A stretch of 57,200 nucleotides of DNA, counting the filler, from Candidatus Desantisbacteria bacterium CG1_02_49_89 (GTDB taxonomy: Bacteria > Desantisbacteria > UBA1551), in NCBI GenBank assembly GCA_001871075.1. It is 4 parts of 4 records of this genome, joined end to end, with 100 filler letters (N's around TTAATTAATTAA, not from the genome) between each part and the next. Parts side by side here need not be neighbours in the genome. Positions count along the whole stretch, not along the records: positions 43,389 to 57,200 come from MNUP01000092.1; 3 more parts are not named here. One strand, 5' to 3'. Below the pieces are notes generated by a model. That model had not been told where the DNA came from, searched no databases, and was given only the letters and a program-made list of their open reading frames with translations. A program made the position numbers and the translations under genes. This document shows, in pieces, positions 50,596-57,200 of the stretch. Position 1 is the first letter of the stretch. Every line of letters begins with the position of its first letter.

Positions 50596-51471
50596 CTAAA
50601 CTCTCTTCACTATCTTGCTGATCTGCGTAACGTCTTTCAGAATATAATCCGGTTTTTGCCTGCCTTTAGCCCCGCGCGCCATCTCCTGGTCGGTAGTACC
50701 GCTCAGGACGAGTATTGAAGAAACGCGCATCCTGTTTGCAAGCACTATATCCGTGTCAAGCCTGTCCCCGATGACAAAAGTATTTCCGCGGTTCAACCCG
50801 GACATGCCCGGTATGCCTTTTATTATATAAGGATTTGGCTTGCCGACAACACAGGGCTTGATGTTTGTTGCGGCTGTGAGGGCGGCACCGATGGCGCCGC
50901 ATCCGGGCCTCAGCTTTCTTCCCTGCATTGGATAAGTTTTGTCATTGTTCGTCGCTATGAAACCCGCGCCGCCGATTATAGCATCCGCTGCTCTTGCAAG
51001 CTTTTTATAGGTCAGGTGCCAGTCCGCTCCGATAACAACGTAATCTATTCTTCCGCCGTCTTTTACTGAAACTACTCTTACAGGCAGCTTCTCCATTTCA
51101 CGGACAAGTGGTTTTTCCCCGATCACGAATATCCTTGGTTTTTTGGTTCTTAATCTTTTACTTGACACTGGTCGCCACTTCGGCGACCCGCCGATGAGGC
51201 GGGACACTGGACACTGGACACTGGACACTTTCTTTGCCAGGTACATCCTTGCCGCATTTGCCGAACAGATTATTTCTTCAAGGCGCGCTTTTATGCCAAG
51301 GCGCGAGAGTTTCTTCTGGTAACCGCGCTGGTTATTCGTTGAGTTGTTGGTAAGGTAATAAAGCCTGTGCCCTTTGCTTTGAAGCTTTTTCAGCAAAGCG
51401 GGTACGCGGGGATCCACAAGCTTATCCCCCAGCCATATCACGCCGTCAAGGTCGAAAATCAATGTAGCCAT
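50596..51471 (-). CDS. HAD-IIA (NagD-like) hydrolase
   Basis: FDLDGV, LTNNS, GKP, IGDRLDTDI, VLSG. Confidence 0.92.
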   Translation of the reverse strand: MATLIFDLDGVIWLGDKLVDPRVPALLKKLQSKGHRLYYLTNNSTNNQRGYQKKLSRLGIKARLEEIICSANAARMYLAKKVSSVQCPVSRLIGGSPKWRPVSSKRLRTKKPRIFVIGEKPLVREMEKLPVRVVSVKDGGRIDYVVIGADWHLTYKKLARAADAIIGGAGFIATNNDKTYPMQGRKLRPGCGAIGAALTAATNIKPCVVGKPNPYIIKGIPGMSGLNRGNTFVIGDRLDTDIVLANRMRVSSILVLSGTTDQEMARGAKGRQKPDYILKDVTQISKIVKRV

Positions 51472-51550
51472 TTTCCCTTATATTCAGTGTCAAAGTAAAA
51501 ACAAAGATAGATCTCGTGATAATCGTGTGAAATCGTGTGGTTAAAATTTC

Positions 51551-51919
51551 TCATTGGTTATATTTTGCATCCGCCCTCTGCCTGCGCTTCGCCTTCCTGC
51601 GGCGCAGCTTTTCAAACTCCGCGAGACGCTGCGAGGTTTGGGGTGAAACCCGCATTTCGATCCTGTCCACAAGCTCGCGCAGGGCAAGGAACCTGTTTAT
51701 ACTGCGCCTGCGGTCTTTCTGCGTTTTAACTTCAATATTCAACTTCGAATAATTCAGGCGGACGCAGTTTGCTGTTTTGTTTATTTTCTGCCCGCCTTTG
51801 CCGCTGCCGCGGATAAACTGTTCCTCAATATCCGTAAGGTTTATTTTCAACCGCTGGATCCGCTCTTTGAGCGCGGTAATCTTCGCCGGCGATATCTGCG
51901 GCAATTCATTCAGTTTCAT
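51551..51919 (-). CDS. Short GGQ-motif peptidyl-tRNA hydrolase (ArfB/release-factor-like)
   Basis: FIRGSGKGGQKINKT, basic C-terminal tail; ATG overlaps the upstream TGA. Confidence 0.85.
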   Translation of the reverse strand: MKLNELPQISPAKITALKERIQRLKINLTDIEEQFIRGSGKGGQKINKTANCVRLNYSKLNIEVKTQKDRRRSINRFLALRELVDRIEMRVSPQTSQRLAEFEKLRRRKAKRRQRADAKYNQ

Positions 51920-52326
51920 ATGCTTATAAGTATAAGGCCGACAACACCGTTGACGATACCCAGGACCGCCCTGAACCCTATTTTTTCCCTGAAAATAATG
52001 ACCGCGAAGATCGTGACGGTGACCAGGTTCCCTCCGACCGCGACTGGGTATACTATCGTGCCCGGCACCTTGTTCAGCGCGAACATCAGGAATAAAGAAC
52101 CAAGGAAACTGCTTATTCCCGCTCCCATTCCAGTAAAAATTTCCTTTTTCCCGAAGACGATCTTGTCCTTCAGGCAAAAGAAAAGGGACCACAGGAACCC
52201 GGCTGAGTAGAATACGAACAGGTAGAATAAATTATGGCTGCCCAGGCCTGCCTGCACCAGGATCTTGGAAAACAGGAGGCATAAGCCGTTAAAGAAAAAC
52301 GCCATTATAACGAATTTCTTCCACAT
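51916..52326 (-). CDS. DMT/EamA-like membrane protein (second half-size unit)
   Basis: Several TM segments; VPGTIVYP, IFREKI. Confidence 0.75.
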   Translation of the reverse strand: MWKKFVIMAFFFNGLCLLFSKILVQAGLGSHNLFYLFVFYSAGFLWSLFFCLKDKIVFGKKEIFTGMGAGISSFLGSLFLMFALNKVPGTIVYPVAVGGNLVTVTIFAVIIFREKIGFRAVLGIVNGVVGLILISI

Positions 52327-52728
52327 TTAACTGTCGGCTCCTATCATGATTATCGCGAAACAGATAAGGGATAAGCCTGTGATCTTCTTCGGGTCAACCA
52401 GTTCTTTCCACAGGAATATGGAAAAAATGACCGGTATGACCATCCCCAGGTTCATTATCGTCCAGCAGGTGGAAATTTTCCCGTCTTTTAAAGCAAGAAG
52501 CGTGAACAGGAACGCAGCGAAGAGGAAGCTTCCCCCGCAGAGCGCCAGCAGCATGACTTTGCCGTGATACTGGTTCAGGCTGAAAAGGAAGAAAACGAAA
52601 GCCGACAGGCTGGCAAAGAGCAGGGTGTTCATGTTCACCGCGGCCGGGTTGCATTTCTTATGCGAGCTCAGCTTGAAAAACAACCCGAAGAGAGTATAAA
52701 ACATCAGCGATAAAAAAGAAAACAGCAT
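52327..52728 (-). CDS. DMT/EamA-like membrane protein (first half-size unit)
   Basis: Several TM segments; GKIS..W.I.NL..VIP..FSI.LWKE. Confidence 0.75.
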   Translation of the reverse strand: MLFSFLSLMFYTLFGLFFKLSSHKKCNPAAVNMNTLLFASLSAFVFFLFSLNQYHGKVMLLALCGGSFLFAAFLFTLLALKDGKISTCWTIMNLGMVIPVIFSIFLWKELVDPKKITGLSLICFAIIMIGADS

Positions 52729-52860
52729 ATAATCCTTAGGTTAATTATGAGTTATGCCCCGAGGGGCATTATGAATCAAAGACAAGGATTTTTATTTGAA
52801 ACCGTGTTTATCTGTATCTCTGTGATTGTTTTGCAATAATCCGTGGAAATCTGTGGTTTA

Positions 52861-53931
52861 TTATTTTCCCGCCCTTTGGAAGGCGGTCTTGGCAGCGCCA
52901 ACCGCTCCCGCGTCATCCGGGAGCTTTCCTGCCACGATCATTAATTTTTTAACCGGGCCTTTGAACGCGCGTGCGCGCACCGTTTTCCACATCGGTTTGA
53001 ATAAAAGATTTCCCGCCCCGGTCAGGCCGCCTGTCAAAACCACGATCTCCGGGTTGAAAATATTCACGTAGTTCGCAATGGCGGAACCCAAATAGTATCC
53101 TGTGTCGTCCCAGATCTTTCTGGCAAGACCGTCGCCTTTCCGCGCTGCCTGCGCCACAACCGCGGGAGTGACCCTGCCCGGATCCCCGCCGATCAGTTTA
53201 TACACAAGGCTCTTCTTGTTTTTCCTCAGGGCTTCTTTTGTCCTTCTTATTATCCCTATTGCCGGGGCATACGCTTCAAGGCAGCCAAGATTCCCGCACC
53301 CGCACTTCGGGCCGTCGAAAGAAAGCGAGATATGACCCAGTTCTCCCGCGTATCCGTCAGCGCCGTGGTAAACCCTGCCGTCTATTATTATACCGCCGCC
53401 TATGCCTGTGCCCAGCGTAAGGCATATCATGTACCTGGTCCCTTTTCCCGCCCCTATCCACCATTCGCCAAGCGCGGCTGAATTCGCGTCGTTCTCAAGG
53501 AACGTGCGTATGCCGAACTCCCTTTTGTAAATGCTCGCAAGCGGCACGTTGTTCCATCCCGGGATATTGGGCGCCTCGTAAACTATTCCCTTTTCAAGGT
53601 TGACTAATCCCGGAGTCCCGATGCCTATCCCCACTACTGCCGTCGTGCGTCGTGCGTCGTGCGTCGTGCGTTGCCTCAACTTTTGTTGAGCTGGCAGCGA
53701 AATCCCCCCTGCCTGCCCATTAAGGGCAAGGGGAGACATTTTGCATTTTGCATTTTGCATTTTGCAATTCAGCACGCTGGCTATGCCCTGCGCGATCCGC
53801 CCGATAACATGGTCTTTTCCCTTCCATCCCTCCGTTGCGCGTTTATCCCGGGCCATGATCTTTCCCTTCTCGTTCATTAGAATCGTTACTATGTTTGTGC
53901 CGCCCAGGTCAACGCCCACCGCGTACTTCAT
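52861..53931 (-). CDS. ROK-family sugar kinase (glucokinase-like) with in-frame insertion
   Basis: GVDLGGT, ENDAN.AALGE, TLGTGIGGG, GELGH, CGCGN.GCLE. Confidence 0.92.
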   Translation of the reverse strand: MKYAVGVDLGGTNIVTILMNEKGKIMARDKRATEGWKGKDHVIGRIAQGIASVLNCKMQNAKCKMSPLALNGQAGGISLPAQQKLRQRTTHDARRTTAVVGIGIGTPGLVNLEKGIVYEAPNIPGWNNVPLASIYKREFGIRTFLENDANSAALGEWWIGAGKGTRYMICLTLGTGIGGGIIIDGRVYHGADGYAGELGHISLSFDGPKCGCGNLGCLEAYAPAIGIIRRTKEALRKNKKSLVYKLIGGDPGRVTPAVVAQAARKGDGLARKIWDDTGYYLGSAIANYVNIFNPEIVVLTGGLTGAGNLLFKPMWKTVRARAFKGPVKKLMIVAGKLPDDAGAVGAAKTAFQRAGK

Positions 53932-54048
53932 TTAACCCCCAAGAATAACCACAGAGGCACAGAGACACAGAGTCTTTTAATTTAAAAAATAAAATGGCCA
54001 GAGAATTAAAGTAAATATTTTCTCCGTGCCTCCGTGTCTCCGTGGTAA

Positions 54049-54606
54049 TTATTTGCAGAGAGTAACTATATCCTCGAAATATTTGATGTATTCCTTCGCG
54101 ACCTGCTCCGAATCAATAAGCGCGTTGGTTTCGTTGTTCTGGTTAAGCGCCTGGTACGACCAGTTGGTGCTTCCCACCACGGTGAAACGCGAATCTACCA
54201 CCAGGAGCTTCGAATGGGTGGTCACCTTCTTGTCATCCATATAGACCTTTACCCCTCCGGCGGAAAGTATCTTCGCGACGTCCTCGTTGTCGGGAGAGCC
54301 TTGCGTTTTCCGCTCCTCTCCCATCCTGTCCATAATGACACTGACGTCCACGCCGCGCTTCCTGGCGGCGACAAGGCTTTTGACAAGCCTGTTAGAAAGG
54401 CTGTCGGGATATTTTTCGTAGTAGATGGTGTGGTACATTATCACGTAAACCGATCTCTGGGCATTGGATATCAGGGAATAGACTGTTTTGAAGTAGGCGG
54501 AATCGTTCAGGGGTTTTACTTCAGCGGGGAAGGAATGGCAGGACATACAGATTGAGGCTGAGATTAAGACTAAAGCAAAAATATACAAATATTTTGCGGG
54601 TTTCAT
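54049..54606 (-). CDS. Secreted phospholipase D/nuclease-like protein (single HKD motif)
   Basis: HSKLLVVD...GSTNW...N.E; N-terminal signal peptide. Confidence 0.88.
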   Translation of the reverse strand: MKPAKYLYIFALVLISASICMSCHSFPAEVKPLNDSAYFKTVYSLISNAQRSVYVIMYHTIYYEKYPDSLSNRLVKSLVAARKRGVDVSVIMDRMGEERKTQGSPDNEDVAKILSAGGVKVYMDDKKVTTHSKLLVVDSRFTVVGSTNWSYQALNQNNETNALIDSEQVAKEYIKYFEDIVTLCK

Positions 54607-54723
54607 TGAATACCTTTTTCAGGCAGAGCCCCAAAGGGGTCCCCCAAGGGGATCCCATAGGGACCTTTGGGACAGGCTCTGCCACTACTTTTAAATCAAT
54701 AACGGGTCGGATAAATCCGACCG

Positions 54724-56442
54724 CTACAGTTTAATTAATTTTAAAATTTCGCTGACTGCCTCAGATTTTTCAACTTTCTGTTTTTCGCCTGAGGACCGGA
54801 GCTGGACCTCGACCTTTCCTTCTTTCAAAGCCCTGTCGCCAAGCACGACCTTGACCGGTATGCCGGTCAGGTCCGCGTCCTTGAACTTCACGCCCGCAGG
54901 CTCGTTCCTGTCGTCCAGCAGGACATCGGCTCCCTTTGCGGTAAGCCCTTCGTAGATTTCTTCAGCGAGTTTTTTCTGGGTCTCGTCATTCATGTTGAGC
55001 GGGAGTATTACTGCGGAAAAAGGCGCTATCGAGAAAGGCCAGATTATCCCGTTCTCGTCGTTATGCTGCTCGATGACCGCGGCTATTATGCGGCTCACCC
55101 CTATGCCGTAGCAGCCCATGACCATGATCTTTTCTTTCCCGTCTTCGTCAAGGAATTTCGCTTTCATAGCTGAGCTGTAACGCGTGCCCAGGTTGAAAGT
55201 GTGGCCCAGTTCTATGCCTGTCTTGACCTCGGTGCCGGCGCCGCATTTCGGGCACGGGTCACCGTCCCTTGCGGCCGTCAGGTCTTCGAATCTTTCAATC
55301 TTGAAATCTCTGTCAGGGTTCACATTAAACAGGTGCGTGTCCTTCTTGTTCGCCCCCGTGACAAAATCAGACATCCCGGCCACCGAATGATCCGCGATCA
55401 TCCCGGCCTTCAGGCCTACAGGGCCGCTGAAACCCATGGGCCCGCCTGTAAGCTCCTCTATCTGGTCCGCGGAAGCAAGTTTTAAACCGGCGGTTTTCAG
55501 CACTGACATCAGCTTCGCTTCATTCACTTCCCTGTCACCCGGAACAAGCACTGCAACAGGTTTCCCGTCAGCGTAGTATATAAGGGTTTTTACAAGCTGC
55601 GAAGGTTTTACTTTCAGGAAAGCCGACACCTGCTCCACCGTCTTCATGTCCGGCGTGTTTACTTCTTTCATTTCGTCGTGCGTCGTGCGTCGTAAGTCGT
55701 ACGACGTCTGACGTTCGACGTCCGACGGTTTATCAGGTTTATCCGCGTTGGCGCGGTAACCGCACTTGGGGCACAACACAACAATATCCTCGCCGCTTGG
55801 GGCAAGCACCATGAACTCGTGCGAAAGGCCCCCGCCGATAAGGCCGGGGTCCGCCTCGACGATCTCGCAGTCAAGACCGCAGCGCCTGAATATCCTCACG
55901 TACGCGTCATAAACTTTTTTATAGGTTCCCTGCAGGCATTTGTCGTCTCTGTGGAAGGAGTAGGCATCTTTCATGAGGAATTCCCTGCAGCGCATCATTC
56001 CGAAACGGGGCCGCGGTTCATCCCTGAACTTTGTCTGTATCTGGTACAAGAGCAGCGGGAGCTCCTTGTAGGAACGGACCTCGTTGCGCACCAGGTTAGT
56101 GATCGCCTCTTCGTGGGTGGGCGCGAGGCAGAAAGGCCTTTTCTTGCGGTCAAAAAGGTGGAACATGTCCTCGCCGTAAAGGTCCCACCTGCCGGATTCG
56201 TCCCAGAGTTCCTTGGGGTGGACCGCGGGAAGCAAAACTTCCTGCGCTCCGGCGCCGTTCATTTCTTCCCTGACTATTCCGATAATCCTTTGAAGGACCC
56301 GAAACCCAAACGGCAGATAGTAATAGATGCCGCTGGCAAGCCTTCTTATAAGCCCGGCCCTCAGCATAAGCTGGTGGCTCCTGATCTCGGCGTCGCTGGG
56401 TACTTCCTTCAATGTGGGGAGAAAAAATTCACTTCTTCTCAT
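54724..56442 (-). CDS. proS: Proline--tRNA ligase (bacterial type with editing insertion domain)
   Basis: SHQLMLRAG, APTHEE, FRDEPRPRFG, GIELGHTF.LG..YS, MGCYGIGVSR. Confidence 0.98.
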   Translation of the reverse strand: MRRSEFFLPTLKEVPSDAEIRSHQLMLRAGLIRRLASGIYYYLPFGFRVLQRIIGIVREEMNGAGAQEVLLPAVHPKELWDESGRWDLYGEDMFHLFDRKKRPFCLAPTHEEAITNLVRNEVRSYKELPLLLYQIQTKFRDEPRPRFGMMRCREFLMKDAYSFHRDDKCLQGTYKKVYDAYVRIFRRCGLDCEIVEADPGLIGGGLSHEFMVLAPSGEDIVVLCPKCGYRANADKPDKPSDVERQTSYDLRRTTHDEMKEVNTPDMKTVEQVSAFLKVKPSQLVKTLIYYADGKPVAVLVPGDREVNEAKLMSVLKTAGLKLASADQIEELTGGPMGFSGPVGLKAGMIADHSVAGMSDFVTGANKKDTHLFNVNPDRDFKIERFEDLTAARDGDPCPKCGAGTEVKTGIELGHTFNLGTRYSSAMKAKFLDEDGKEKIMVMGCYGIGVSRIIAAVIEQHNDENGIIWPFSIAPFSAVILPLNMNDETQKKLAEEIYEGLTAKGADVLLDDRNEPAGVKFKDADLTGIPVKVVLGDRALKEGKVEVQLRSSGEKQKVEKSEAVSEILKLIKL

Positions 56443-56582
56443 AAAATTCCTTTGCGATTACAGCGATTTTAGAATACGATTTCAGCGATATGAAAAATAT
56501 GACTAAAACGACCTTGGTCTTTCATCGCTGGCATTCGTCTTTTTATCGACGTAGCCCGCAAAGAATCTTGCGAAGCAAACAT

Positions 56583-56831
56583 CTATTTTTTATCGCTGTC
56601 ATCGGTTTTAGCACTGACTTCTTCGCCCTTTTCAACCAGTTTCTGGAACACGCTGGTCATGAAGGATATGAGCCATGTCGCCGGCATCATTCCGATCTTC
56701 AGTATGTCCGATGCTTTTTTCCAGTCCCGCACTATCCGCCGCAGGTCAAGAAGTATCGGGACCGCGAGAACGGCGATCACCACAACCGAACAGGCGGCAA
56801 CCAGGATCGCGATTTCAATAATAATAGTCAA
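56583..56831 (-). CDS. Small membrane-anchored hypothetical protein
   Basis: TTG start after GGAGG; N-terminal TM helix; downstream of consensus promoter. Confidence 0.65.
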   Translation of the reverse strand: MTIIIEIAILVAACSVVVIAVLAVPILLDLRRIVRDWKKASDILKIGMMPATWLISFMTSVFQKLVEKGEEVSAKTDDSDKK

Positions 56832-56859
56832 ATTTCCTCCGATATAATTATTTTCTTAA

Positions 56860-56888
56860 AGTATAACACAGAAATATAGTTTTGTCAA
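56860..56888 (-). promoter_or_regulatory. Sigma70 promoter for the proS-containing run
   Basis: Minus strand TTGACA-17 nt-TATACT. Confidence 0.75.
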
Positions 56889-56906
56889 GTGTTTTTGGCA
56901 TATTGC

Positions 56907-56935
56907 TTGACAAAAATCCTCTTTTATGATATACT
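56907..56935 (+). promoter_or_regulatory. Divergent sigma70 promoter
   Basis: TTGACA-17 nt-TATACT with TGn extension. Confidence 0.7.
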
Positions 56936-57039
56936 CTCTATATTTATGACAGATGCTGGATGTTGGATGCTAGATCCTTGATCAAGGATTTTCAATTAAA
57001 ATAGAAATTCCTTCCGTTCCGGAATCCAGCATCCAGGAT

Positions 57040-57200
57040 CTAGTGTGGTGTCACATAAATCCCTTGACATTTGATTCTGCTTTGAGTTGTCATTGCGAGC
57101 GACCAAAGGGAGCGTGGCAATCTCGATTTTTAGGTCGAGATTGCTTCGTCGTTAACACTCCTCGCAATGACAGCCCAAATGTAAAGATCTGTTAGAGACA
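57040..57200. mobile_element. MITE-like element, copy 2 (cut by window end)
   Basis: Matches 111-267 except for an extra TGAC. Confidence 0.75.

Noticed and set aside
56443-56582. T-box leader upstream of proS
   Set aside because: No GGTGGNACCGCG T-box motif on the coding strand; the region holds nonamer repeats and a small hairpin.
56896-56911. Sigma54-like TGGCATATTGCTTGA
   Set aside because: It mismatches at -12 and overlaps a consensus sigma70 -35 that explains the site; the downstream gene is not visible.
291-57039. CRISPR array
   Set aside because: Repeats are 7-10-nt tandem units or palindromes without regular unique spacers; no cas genes.
111-57200. Composite transposon or prophage bounded by the two MITE copies
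   Set aside because: The copies are on different contigs and the content between them is largely housekeeping.

Overview
Bacterial draft-genome window made of four contigs joined by artificial 100-nt spacers (44 N + TTAATTAATTAA + 44 N at 13906-14005, 29619-29718 and 43289-43388), so adjacency across spacers is not evidence. Contig 1 (+): YmdB-like phosphoesterase, proA, nadD, V/A-type ATPase A-B-D, TPR lipoprotein, Zn-finger/TPR protein, ExeA-like ATPase and two tandem PilB/GspE ATPases. Contig 2 (+, accessory): RHS C-terminus, a 1920-aa secreted multi-propeller protein, ORF6N protein, a membrane protein interrupted by a stop, an esterase, a DUF1080-like protein, an AbrB/VapC toxin-antitoxin pair, YhcG/DUF1016 and a PEGA protein. 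Contig 3 (-): alaS end, radical SAM, ribF, rpsO, pnp, M16 peptidase, dut, ftsK, short RodZ-like HTH, type IV pilin and O-antigen-ligase/TPR. Contig 4 (-): proS, PLD, ROK kinase, split EamA, GGQ hydrolase, HAD, lepA, two CBM9-like proteins, ogt, four-helix-bundle gene, thyA-like, YfcE-like, plsY. No rRNA, tRNA or CRISPR was recognised. Three signals stand out. (1) A pervasive set of 7-9-nt tandem arrays: they bracket the four-helix-bundle gene as an inverted pair, recur as 'empty' inverted pairs, and sit in frame inside core proteins (AtpA, ProRS, LepA, ROK kinase, NadD, HAD) and signal peptides. (2) Perfect 3-nt-loop hairpins inside the ORF6N and DUF1016 genes, plus an orphan copy. (3) A CTAG-bounded MITE-like element present twice. 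All protein calls come from motif recognition by eye; no database search was run.
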